A stretch of 20,000 nt of DNA from an uncultured virus (IMG/VR IMGVR_UViG_3300038424_000856) (lineage: Duplodnaviria > Heunggongvirae > Uroviricota > Caudoviricetes). Made by a program: the position numbers and the translations under genes. How positions within the stretch are numbered: the first letter of the stretch is position 1; every line of letters begins with the position of its first letter. The notes under the pieces were generated by a model. It saw only the letters and a program-made list of their open reading frames with translations. It made no database searches and was not told the origin of the DNA. The DNA is taken from the IMG/VR virus record IMGVR_UViG_3300038424_000856; one strand, written 5' to 3'. Below, in pieces: positions 7,307 to 15,509 of this stretch.

Positions 7307-8899
7307 ATGATTAATAGTGAACTATTGAAAGAAGCGATTGCTGATGCTAAGGCAGTAAGAGCCACTGCTCTCGCCAATGCTAAAGCCGCTCTTGAAGAAG
7401 CCTTCGCTCCCCGTTTTGAGGCAATGTTTGCCGACAAATTAAAAGAGGAATCCGAAGAAGAAGAAGACCAAGAAGAGGGACTACAGGAAGTAGAAGCTCC
7501 AAATCAGGTTCATGGAAGTGGTGGAGAAGCTAAGGGACCAGCAACCAAAGCCGTTTCTAAAGGTAATCCCAAAACACCAAAAGGTGGCGCCGGTGATGTG
7601 GATTTTAAAGCCGTTCAAGCTGGATTAGGCCCAACAGGCGTTCCTAAACTCGGTAAGAAAGTTAATGAAACTGCCGAAGAAGAAGAAGAGGAAGATGAAG
7701 GTAGGAAGAAAATGGATGAAACTGCCGAAGAGGAAGATGAAGGTAGAAGGGAAGAAGAGGGCGAGGAGGAAGATGAGGGTAGGGTTGAAGAAGCTGGTCT
7801 AACTTCGGAAGATTTAGATGAAATTATTGCAGAGTTGGAAAATGAAGTAGCAGAGGAAGAAGAAGGTAGAACGGAAGAAGAACCTGCTGCTCCAGAACTA
7901 ACACCAGCACCAGAAGATAGTGGTGGAGTGTCATCGCCTGTTACTGGTGATGAAAGAGAACCCGTTACTGGTGACGAAGAACCTGCTGCCAATATTGAAG
8001 CAGAACCGGGTAGTGAAGTTGATATTAATCTTGAACCGGAACCAGAAGCTGAACCGGGAGCTGATACAGTCCCCCCAACAGCTATGGATGCTGGTGGAGC
8101 AAGTAGGCGACCAGTTAGAGAACCTGCTGAAGAACCGGTTGAAGAACCTGTTGGAGCTGCAGAAGATGAAGAAAATATCAATCTAGATGAATTACTCGCC
8201 GCTCTTAATGAAGAAGGCGAAGAAGAAGAGGAAGAAGAAGGGTATGAAGAAATGGATGAAGCCTTACAAAATCAAGGTCTTCCAACCAAAGAACTTGCTG
8301 GTCAGGACAAAACCGGTGGTGTAAAGGGTTATCCACCCGGTCCAGATGCTAGTAAGAGACAGCTACCGGGTAAAAATCATAATATTCAAGGTAAAGGCAA
8401 CATTGGTAGTGGGTCTGAAACAGGTAAACCAATGGCAGAAGCATCTCAATACAGGGTTGCTTTGAAAGAAGCCTATAAAACCATTGAATTCCTCCGTGGA
8501 CAAATTAATGAGGTCAATCTGTTGAATGCTAAACTACTTTACACGAACAAGTTGTTTAAAGAATTCGCAGGTGTTTTGGACGATTCATATCGTATGAAAA
8601 TCGTTGAATCATTTGACCTAACAAAAAGTGTTCGTGAAGTCAAGCTGGCCTACGCCCTATTGGCGGAGTCCTTGAATTTCGGTACGCAAATGACAAAAAC
8701 CCACTCTGTAAAATCGGTTGTAAAACCGGTTTCGCAAAAGGGACAAGTTAAGCAAATTACCGAAGGATTCGCATCAAAGCCGGTGTCATCAACAAAACCT
8801 TCCAAGTTAATTACTGAAGGTAATGAGATGGCTCTTAGATTCAAGAAGCTCGCTGGAATCAAAGATACACCGAAGACTACTACTCCTGAAAAGAAGTAA
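7307..8899 (+). CDS. prohead core/scaffolding protein (functional analogue of T4 gp22)
   Basis: Directly upstream of the major capsid gene; helical N-terminus (LLKEAIADAKAVR), very acidic low-complexity middle, C-terminal EVNLLNAKLLYTNKLF...RFKKLAGI. Confidence 0.8.
   Translation: MINSELLKEAIADAKAVRATALANAKAALEEAFAPRFEAMFADKLKEESEEEEDQEEGLQEVEAPNQVHGSGGEAKGPATKAVSKGNPKTPKGGAGDVDFKAVQAGLGPTGVPKLGKKVNETAEEEEEEDEGRKKMDETAEEEDEGRREEEGEEEDEGRVEEAGLTSEDLDEIIAELENEVAEEEEGRTEEEPAAPELTPAPEDSGGVSSPVTGDEREPVTGDEEPAANIEAEPGSEVDINLEPEPEAEPGADTVPPTAMDAGGASRRPVREPAEEPVEEPVGAAEDEENINLDELLAALNEEGEEEEEEEGYEEMDEALQNQGLPTKELAGQDKTGGVKGYPPGPDASKRQLPGKNHNIQGKGNIGSGSETGKPMAEASQYRVALKEAYKTIEFLRGQINEVNLLNAKLLYTNKLFKEFAGVLDDSYRMKIVESFDLTKSVREVKLAYALLAESLNFGTQMTKTHSVKSVVKPVSQKGQVKQITEGFASKPVSSTKPSKLITEGNEMALRFKKLAGIKDTPKTTTPEKK
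7655..7792 (+). repeat. intragenic tandem repeats (KKxxETAEEE..DEGR units)
   Basis: GAAACTGCCGAAGA x2 and GAGGAAGATGA(A/G)GGTAG x3; a PVTGDE x2 repeat also occurs at 7937-7978. Confidence 0.75.
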
Positions 8900-8941
8900 T
8901 AATCTAGTGAGCAAAAAATAAAAATAGAGAAAAAACAATAT

Positions 8942-10789
8942 ATGGAAAATATTAAATCATTGTTAACAAACACTCTCAATCCTCAAGCTCGTTTGATGCA
9001 GGAAACCCGTGGTCTTGTGACCAAGTGGGATAAAACCGGTCTTCTTGATGGTATTAAGAGTGATATTGAGAAGTCCAATATGTCGGTCTTGCTCGAAAAT
9101 CAGGCTAAACAACTGATTGAAGAAGCAACTGCTACTGGTACTTCCGCAAACTCTGAACAGTGGGCTGGCGTAGCTCTCCCGTTGGTCAGACGTGTATTTG
9201 CTGAATTTGCTGCGAAGGAATTCGTATCCGTTCAGCCTATGAACCTCCCATCTGGTCTTGTGTTCTACTTGGATTTCAAGTATGGCTCACCTCACGGTGG
9301 TAATCCTGCCGATACATCAGGTTCATATTATCAATCATTGTTCGGTGGTACTGGTGCTAAACTAGGTTCTACTGATACATTCGGCGGTGGTCTATACGGC
9401 GCAGGCCGATATGGTTACACCATTAATCAAAAAGCTGCAACTGCAGTAACATTTAGTGCAGCTACATCAACATTGGAAGATATTGACTGGTTGGCTAATT
9501 ATTATACTCAATATGCCTCATCTGGTTCAGTACAAGGAATTTTGAATAGTATTTCAGCATCGTTTAATAACAATCAGCTTATTACTTTTAAAACTTCAAA
9601 TTTTTATAGTACTACGACTAGTCAAGGTAATCCGTTTGACCCATTAGCTGTTCGTTCATTCATGCCATATAGCATTGTTACTGGATCTACAGCAGGGCTA
9701 ACTGCTTCATTTCAATCAGGTAGTGCTGCCGGCTCCGGTCCTATGTATTTCCCACCATTTACAAAATTTGTAGTGGGTACTGGTATCGATGCTGGTGGTG
9801 CTCAGGTTGGTGAAATCCAGTTTGTCTTATCAGCTTCGGCTGGTGCTACTGGTTCCTTCACTGGTAATATTTATTACACAGTTCAACCAAGCCCACAAGA
9901 CCGTGGTGACTTCGAAGATAATCCAAACAATGCTAATGCTACTGGTACTGATACGGGATTTGTTTATGGAACAGGTAAGTCAACTACTGATACTGGTCTT
10001 AACAAGGATATCGGTATTCCAGAAGTAAACTTGCAACTTAACTCCGAACCAATCGTAGCTAAGACACGTAAGTTGAAAGCTGTCTGGACTCCTGAACTTG
10101 CTCAAGACTTGAATGCTTATCATAGCATTGACGCAGAAGCAGAATTGACTGCTCTGTTGTCTGAATATGTTTCAATGGAAATTGACCTTGAAATTCTTGA
10201 TATGTTGATTAACGCAGTATTACCTATCAATATTGAACGTTGGAGTGCAAGGCTTAATACGGAAATAGTTCCTACTGGAACTGGTACTTACCAATTCGTT
10301 CAAACAACAACGGCAGGTACTGGTGGTTACTACACCAAGGCAACATGGTACCAAACTCTTGGTAACAAGATTCAAAAGGTATCCAACAGGATTCACCAAT
10401 TGACGCTTCGTGGTGGTGCTAACTTCATGGTTATCTCCCCAACAGTGGCAACTGTTCTTGAATCTATTCCGGGATTCGTAGTGAATACCGATGGCGACCA
10501 AGCAAAGTTTGCTATGGGCGTTTCAAGGGTTGGTTCATTTGCTTCAAGGTTCCAAGTTTACAAGAACCCATATATGACTGATAATATCATTCTAATGGGC
10601 TTCCGTGGTAATAACTTCTTGGAAACTGGTGCAGTATATGCTCCATACATTCCATTGGTTCAGACACCGTTAGTGTATGACCCTGTGAACTTCACGCCAA
10701 GACGTGGTGTAATGACCCGTTACGCGAAGAAGATTGTTCGTCCTGAATTCTATGGCAAGATTTACATTGCCGATTTGGACACGGTATAA
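8942..10789 (+). CDS. major capsid protein, T4 gp23-like
   Basis: LLENQ, PLVRRVF, VSVQPMNLPSGLVFYLDFKYG, AKTRKLKAVWTPELAQDLNAYHSIDAEAEL, YAPYIPL and FTPRRGVMTRYA are gp23-family motifs. Confidence 0.96.
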   Translation: MENIKSLLTNTLNPQARLMQETRGLVTKWDKTGLLDGIKSDIEKSNMSVLLENQAKQLIEEATATGTSANSEQWAGVALPLVRRVFAEFAAKEFVSVQPMNLPSGLVFYLDFKYGSPHGGNPADTSGSYYQSLFGGTGAKLGSTDTFGGGLYGAGRYGYTINQKAATAVTFSAATSTLEDIDWLANYYTQYASSGSVQGILNSISASFNNNQLITFKTSNFYSTTTSQGNPFDPLAVRSFMPYSIVTGSTAGLTASFQSGSAAGSGPMYFPPFTKFVVGTGIDAGGAQVGEIQFVLSASAGATGSFTGNIYYTVQPSPQDRGDFEDNPNNANATGTDTGFVYGTGKSTTDTGLNKDIGIPEVNLQLNSEPIVAKTRKLKAVWTPELAQDLNAYHSIDAEAELTALLSEYVSMEIDLEILDMLINAVLPINIERWSARLNTEIVPTGTGTYQFVQTTTAGTGGYYTKATWYQTLGNKIQKVSNRIHQLTLRGGANFMVISPTVATVLESIPGFVVNTDGDQAKFAMGVSRVGSFASRFQVYKNPYMTDNIILMGFRGNNFLETGAVYAPYIPLVQTPLVYDPVNFTPRRGVMTRYAKKIVRPEFYGKIYIADLDTV

Positions 10790-10812
10790 TCTTAACAGAT
10801 AATCAATTAAAC

Positions 10813-10848
10813 AAAAAAGGAGCCGTAGAAATACGGCTCTTTTCTTTT
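10813..10848 (+). terminator. intrinsic terminator after the capsid gene
   Basis: GAGCCGTA-GAAA-TACGGCTC hairpin (10820-10839) followed by TTTTCTTTT; the A-run before it suggests bidirectional use. Confidence 0.92.
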
Positions 10849-10906
10849 GCATTTATTTAATTTTATTTCATTCTTGTTTAGATTTTATTGTAGAATTTTG
10901 ATATCT

Positions 10907-11764
10907 ATGGAATATAAATCAAAAATTATGAAAATAGCGAATGTACATGGTGTAGAATGGAAAATGGACGATAATATTTATGAATGGCATAGACGGTATA
11001 AGTGTATTGAAGTGGGACCAGAATCTATCTGGAATTCAAACCCAGAAATAGTTTCTGAAATGACAGCTTTTAAATTATATTGTATAGAAAATTCTCCGAG
11101 TGTTTTTATTGATATTGGAACATATTGTGGAATAGTTTCTTCGGTATATTGTTCTTTAGTAAAAGACCATCGATGTTATTCAATAGAACCTATTCGTTCT
11201 CATTGTGAGAGATTACAAAATACTGCTAAATTAAATAATTGGAATTTAAGTACACATCCAATTGGGTTAAATAATTATGTTGGAAAATGTTATTATCACA
11301 ATACTAATATGGCACGATTTACAAACGACCCAAACTTTAAAGTGTCTGATGCTGAGATTAATAGTAATCCTGAAAATGCTAAAATACATGAAGTTAATAT
11401 TGATACCTTAGATAATTTTGTTAAATCAAATAATATAAAACCAAATTTAATAAAAATAGATGTAGAGGGATACGAAGTACCAATACTTGAAAAAGCTCAA
11501 GAAACATTATCAAACGATGCTGTAGATTTATTTATTGAAACACATAGAAATGAATGTATAGAACTTGGTTGGAATATAGAAAAATTATGTGATTATATAC
11601 CTCAAAAGGATTATATTTTTTATACTACAGGTCTTTTGTATGACCAAAATTCTCTTCCAAGTTATATTTTTAGGCAAAGAATTTTTACTGATTTAAAAGA
11701 TTATATACTTAATCATAAAAGTACTATGAGATTTGTGGCTATAAATAAAAAAAATTTAGGTTAA
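10907..11764 (+). CDS. FkbM-family SAM-dependent methyltransferase
   Basis: VFIDIGTYCG, YSIEP, TLDNFV and LIKIDVEGYEVPIL motifs. The track's start at 10847 lies in the terminator; ATG 10907 or 10928 is more likely. Confidence 0.88.
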   Translation: MEYKSKIMKIANVHGVEWKMDDNIYEWHRRYKCIEVGPESIWNSNPEIVSEMTAFKLYCIENSPSVFIDIGTYCGIVSSVYCSLVKDHRCYSIEPIRSHCERLQNTAKLNNWNLSTHPIGLNNYVGKCYYHNTNMARFTNDPNFKVSDAEINSNPENAKIHEVNIDTLDNFVKSNNIKPNLIKIDVEGYEVPILEKAQETLSNDAVDLFIETHRNECIELGWNIEKLCDYIPQKDYIFYTTGLLYDQNSLPSYIFRQRIFTDLKDYILNHKSTMRFVAINKKNLG

Positions 11765-11803
11765 AATAAAGAAAGAAATTTGAAATAATATTTTATTTTT
11801 AGA

Positions 11804-11811
11804 TATTTATA
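11804..11811 (+). promoter_or_regulatory. putative late promoter TATTTATA
   Basis: Exact motif 34 nt before ATG 11846. Confidence 0.5.
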
Positions 11812-11845
11812 GTGCAATAAAGTTATATTTAACAGTTAAAATATT

Positions 11846-12400
11846 ATGACAAATCTATCTATCCATTTATGTGATACTTCAGCATCTTTAGTTTTAACAT
11901 CTGCTTCATTTGCAGATCAATCAATTAGTTCAAGCTATGCTATAAGCTCATCTTGGACGTTATTAACACAACAACAGATTTCATGTTCTTGGGCAAGTTC
12001 ATCTATGTCATCATCTTGGGCACCACCAACCTCTGTTTTGAGATATACAACTACTGCGTCATTTGCAAGTGGACCATATATGTACAATATTTCGTTACCG
12101 TTTATTCCTTTTAGAACAGGAGTAGGAATCTTGTGTATTAATAATGATGGGACTAGTGGTTATCAATCAGGGTCATTGTTAGATATTAGCACTATTAATG
12201 GCGCAGCAACCGTGGGTGGTGCCAGTACTGGTCAAATCTTTTGGAATATTAATGAAAATATTGTTACTGTTAGGACTACTAATCGTACTGTTGGTTATGA
12301 AGCTAGTTGGGCACTTTGGAAAGCTACTACTTATGGTGATAATCCTATAGGTGGGTTATCATCATGGAATAATTTTGTAATTCAAGTGAATGCAGAATAA
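11846..12400 (+). CDS. Ser-rich short fibre/decoration-like protein
   Basis: SISSSYAISSSW and SCSWASSSMSSSWAP repeats match those in the 15510 fibre; beta-rich C-terminal domain. Confidence 0.7.
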   Translation: MTNLSIHLCDTSASLVLTSASFADQSISSSYAISSSWTLLTQQQISCSWASSSMSSSWAPPTSVLRYTTTASFASGPYMYNISLPFIPFRTGVGILCINNDGTSGYQSGSLLDISTINGAATVGGASTGQIFWNINENIVTVRTTNRTVGYEASWALWKATTYGDNPIGGLSSWNNFVIQVNAE

Positions 12401-12417
12401 TTTTAATATTTGAATAC

Positions 12418-12450
12418 AAAGGAGCCGAATTTCTTCGGCTCTTTTCTTTT
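12418..12450 (+). terminator. intrinsic terminator, paralogous to the one at 10813
   Basis: GAGCCGAA-TTTC-TTCGGCTC hairpin (12422-12441) followed by TTTTCTTTT. Confidence 0.9.
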
Positions 12451-12473
12451 GCATTTATTCAATAAAAATTGAA

Positions 12474-12481
12474 TATTTATA
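12474..12481 (+). promoter_or_regulatory. putative late promoter TATTTATA
   Basis: Exact motif just after the terminator and 7 nt before ATG 12489. Confidence 0.6.
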
Positions 12482-12488
12482 TTAGAAT

Positions 12489-12878
12489 ATGAAGCAAAGT
12501 CAACTTAAACAACTTATTAAAGAGATTGTATATTGTATTTTTAAAGAACAGTTTGGTGAACCAACTCCACAAAAGTTAATACCTGATGATGAAGAAGAAC
12601 TATGGAAAATAGTACAGAGTTTACCTATTGATTATTCAATTCAATTTTCAATTTTTCATCCAATATCAAAAGGGTTGTTGATTATACTTCATAGTAGTAA
12701 GGGAAATGTATTTGCAGCTACCAGTCTTGGTGGGTTAAAACATGCTGGTCCACCTGATGGAAAATGGCATGTACCGGGTGAGAAAATTTTAAGAATTTTA
12801 GTAAAGGATGTATATGATTATGGTGAAAATAATGATGTATATTATTCCATAGTTAAAACTACTCCAACTAACCTTTAA
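12489..12878 (+). CDS. hypothetical protein with MKxSQLKQLIKE N-terminal motif
   Basis: 129-aa ORF with upstream motif; candidate internal head protein. Confidence 0.7.
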   Translation: MKQSQLKQLIKEIVYCIFKEQFGEPTPQKLIPDDEEELWKIVQSLPIDYSIQFSIFHPISKGLLIILHSSKGNVFAATSLGGLKHAGPPDGKWHVPGEKILRILVKDVYDYGENNDVYYSIVKTTPTNL

Positions 12879-12886
12879 AATTTTTA

Positions 12887-12894
12887 TATTTATA
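12887..12894 (+). promoter_or_regulatory. putative late promoter TATTTATA
   Basis: Exact motif 5 nt before ATG 12900. Confidence 0.6.
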
Positions 12895-12899
12895 TCAAT

Positions 12900-14228
12900 A
12901 TGACCGATTTTATTTTTAAGGAATCATATCATGATAATATGTCAGATGCTGAAAAAGAAGCATTGGCTCTCTCTTATTGGTCAATAGGACAGTCAGATGA
13001 AGATGGTGAAGATATTTCGTGGAAAAATTGGTGTTGGATTTATAAAAATGACATATTGCGCTACAAAAAAGGACAAACGCATGGTATCAACTTTGGTATT
13101 GATAGAGAAAATTATTTTAGAGGTTGGTATGATGCTAAAAAGAATACAATATCTGTGGTTTTTCCTGCACATGAACTTAGAAAATTTGGTAATAGAAGGC
13201 CATCAGAAGATGACATACCACAATTACTTTATCAAAAACTAATTAATACATTTGGCGCTGGGCGTCCAAAATTCATTGTATTTGAGAATGCTACACTGAT
13301 AAAAAGAAGTGAATTAAAATTGCTTCTAAAAGAAATTGTTCAACAAATTCTTCTAAACGAAAGAGAAGAGAATGAATATTATTGGTTAGAACCAAATTTA
13401 CAGTTTCAAAGAGTTCCGTGGGAAGGACATGCAAATTGGGCAAGAAATTATTTAGAGAATATGGGAAAAAAATTATCTTATGGTGATTATGATGATGTGG
13501 GTGTTTATAATAGAATGTATGAATTGGGATTTGTTAGAGTTGTCAAAGTTGGTTATTTTGATGGTGATATTCTGACATATAATTATAAAAAAGGATTTCC
13601 GCCTTCTCCACAAAAAATAAAAGCAATGAAGAATTTTGCAATAGAAAAGAATTGTGACACAATTAGAGATGATACGAGTGGAAGAATTGAAAATTTGTTA
13701 CAGGAAGGAATATTTCTTAAAGAAACAATGACTTATAAAGAACTTTTAGCTTTAACAACTCCTGAAAGAAAAGAACGTGCAGCAAATGTAAGAGTTCGCT
13801 CTATTCCTGTTAGTATTGAAGAGGGATTAGAACAATGGAATTTCAGATATAAATCCAGTCCACAAACCACTGTAACTGATGAACCATTTGAAGGTCATAT
13901 TACATTCTTAAAAGGTAGAGTAGAACGAAGTGATGATGCTATGAATTTAGAGTGTAAAGTTGATTGTAGTTGTCCTGATTTCATGTATAGATTTGCTTAT
14001 AATGATACTCAAAAAGGTGCAAGTGATATTGGACCTGACAGTTTAAGCGGTTGTATTAATAGAAAACCAAAACCAGCTTATGATTATGGTGAAGGCTTAT
14101 GTAAACACTTGGCAGCATTGCGTAGATATTTACAAACAAAAATATTAGCGACTAGAAGAAGTAATTTATTTGAAGCAATCGGTGATGTGGCAAAACAAGG
14201 ACCATTTAATATAACCTATTATGATTAA
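12900..14228 (+). CDS. multi-module protein with C-terminal SWIM-type zinc finger
   Basis: CKVDCSCPDF (~13950-13982) ... LCKHL (~14097-14111) forms the CxC...CxH SWIM signature. Confidence 0.78.
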   Translation: MTDFIFKESYHDNMSDAEKEALALSYWSIGQSDEDGEDISWKNWCWIYKNDILRYKKGQTHGINFGIDRENYFRGWYDAKKNTISVVFPAHELRKFGNRRPSEDDIPQLLYQKLINTFGAGRPKFIVFENATLIKRSELKLLLKEIVQQILLNEREENEYYWLEPNLQFQRVPWEGHANWARNYLENMGKKLSYGDYDDVGVYNRMYELGFVRVVKVGYFDGDILTYNYKKGFPPSPQKIKAMKNFAIEKNCDTIRDDTSGRIENLLQEGIFLKETMTYKELLALTTPERKERAANVRVRSIPVSIEEGLEQWNFRYKSSPQTTVTDEPFEGHITFLKGRVERSDDAMNLECKVDCSCPDFMYRFAYNDTQKGASDIGPDSLSGCINRKPKPAYDYGEGLCKHLAALRRYLQTKILATRRSNLFEAIGDVAKQGPFNITYYD

Positions 14229-14502
14229 ACTTAAATCATTATTAACTGAATTTCAAGGTGAAAATTTAAAAGTGGGAGATTTTGTTCTTACAACTGGGAA
14301 GGGTCCATTAACAGGACCTAATTCTCCATTGGGGTTTGATAATCTTCCAGCAATAATTGTAGGTAAACGACAAAATAAGTATCTTATTATGTTTAGAGGG
14401 TCAATCAGTCCATTAGAAGCCACAGATGAACAAATAATAAAAGTATCAAAACCTCATAGATTTCCTCTATCACCTTGGGTCAAAAAGTATCTTGGAAAAT
14501 AA
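14221..14502 (+). CDS. hypothetical protein with MIKLKSLLTE leader and possible SH3/KOW-like domain
   Basis: LKVGDFV...AIIVG....YLIMF pattern. Confidence 0.65.
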   Translation: MIKLKSLLTEFQGENLKVGDFVLTTGKGPLTGPNSPLGFDNLPAIIVGKRQNKYLIMFRGSISPLEATDEQIIKVSKPHRFPLSPWVKKYLGK

Positions 14503-14535
14503 TATCTAATTTTAATGTATGATTAACGGATAATA

Positions 14536-14543
14536 TATTTATA
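14536..14543 (+). promoter_or_regulatory. putative late promoter TATTTATA
   Basis: Exact motif 2 nt before ATG 14546. Confidence 0.5.
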
Positions 14544-14545
14544 AT

Positions 14546-14893
14546 ATGAGCCAGATTTGTTATATATGGGGATTTACAGACGTTTTATGGAAAAACGCCA
14601 ATTGGGAATGGTCAGAATGTTTGTTGGTAGCTGAAATTTTAGCTGGCAATCCACTGGGAGTAGATGCAGCTACATTGGTTCAGCCGTGGCTTGAAGAACC
14701 TTGGAGTCCGTATAGAGCTGGTGAAGACCAAGAAAAGCAAAATAAAAGAAGGCGGTTGATAAAACTTATTTGTAAAGTAAAAGGAGTTGAGTATAACGAA
14801 GAAAAAATGAAGAAAGATTTTAAGGTGACAGCTAATGATATTAAATTGGTTGTAAAAGCTGTTTCTGATATTGATATTAAATTAAAGGAATAA
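14546..14893 (+). CDS. hypothetical protein with Trp-rich N-terminus
   Basis: CYIW..TDVLWKNANWEWSEC, then basic KRRRLIKLICKVKG. Confidence 0.75.
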   Translation: MSQICYIWGFTDVLWKNANWEWSECLLVAEILAGNPLGVDAATLVQPWLEEPWSPYRAGEDQEKQNKRRRLIKLICKVKGVEYNEEKMKKDFKVTANDIKLVVKAVSDIDIKLKE

Positions 14894-14896
14894 AAA

Positions 14897-15496
14897 ATGT
14901 CATATAAATTATACACTGATAAAAATGAGAACTTTGAGTGTGAGATAGATGTTAAAAATGCCTCATTAAAAAATTCTATAACACGATTGATTGTGGAATC
15001 AACTACTGGACCAAACTTGATATTCAATGGTCAATTAAATGGTGATAAATGTATTATCCCTATTAAACGGTTAAAAGGAATATTAGATGAAAATACCCGT
15101 GGTAATATGCATCTTGAAGTGATTGTGGAAGATACTTATTTCAAGCCTTGGGAATCGGATTTTATAGTTGAAGAACACACATCTGTAAAAGTTAAGGTCA
15201 ATGAACAAAAACAATCTTTTAAACCTCTTGTTAAACTTAAAACACATCCAATTTTAAATTATGTAAAGGGAACCCCATCTGATATTATCTCACCATCAAA
15301 AAGAAAAGGCATTAATGTTTTTATTCCAAAAAAAGAAATAGCAATAATTTGTGAACAGTTTGGTATAAAAAAGAGAAATTTCCAAAAAAAGCAAAAAGAA
15401 TTTATTCAAATCTTAAAGGAATATTTCAAGGCTAATCCAGAATATAATTATCATGCTAGGGTGATTTTAAAGGGAATAGATAACTTCTTAAGATAA
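14897..15496 (+). CDS. hypothetical protein, beta-rich N-terminal domain, probably structural
   Basis: 199-aa ORF 3 nt after the previous stop, directly before the fibre gene. Confidence 0.75.
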   Translation: MSYKLYTDKNENFECEIDVKNASLKNSITRLIVESTTGPNLIFNGQLNGDKCIIPIKRLKGILDENTRGNMHLEVIVEDTYFKPWESDFIVEEHTSVKVKVNEQKQSFKPLVKLKTHPILNYVKGTPSDIISPSKRKGINVFIPKKEIAIICEQFGIKKRNFQKKQKEFIQILKEYFKANPEYNYHARVILKGIDNFLR

Positions 15497-15509
15497 TTAT
15501 AGGTTATAT

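Noticed and set aside
7615..8186. 188-aa minus-strand Ser-rich ORF and 88-aa alternate-frame ORF
   Set aside because: Shadows of the GAA-rich scaffold coding sequence.
9868..9875. Intragenic TATTTAT matches (also near 10975, 11529 and 17864)
   Set aside because: Variant last base and inside genes; likely AT background, which also tempers confidence in single promoter calls.
9287..10005. Intein or intron in the capsid gene
   Set aside because: No C/S...HN splice motifs or endonuclease signature, and the frame is uninterrupted.
68..15027. Other overlapping track ORFs (68-307, 852-1247, 2295-2498, 3143-3343, 3519-3923, 5596-5796, 6543-6752, 6823-7011, 8650-8979, 9789-10028, 10220-10501, 10670-10852, 12997-13242, 14680-15027)
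   Set aside because: Each largely overlaps a better-supported gene and has no recognisable motif.
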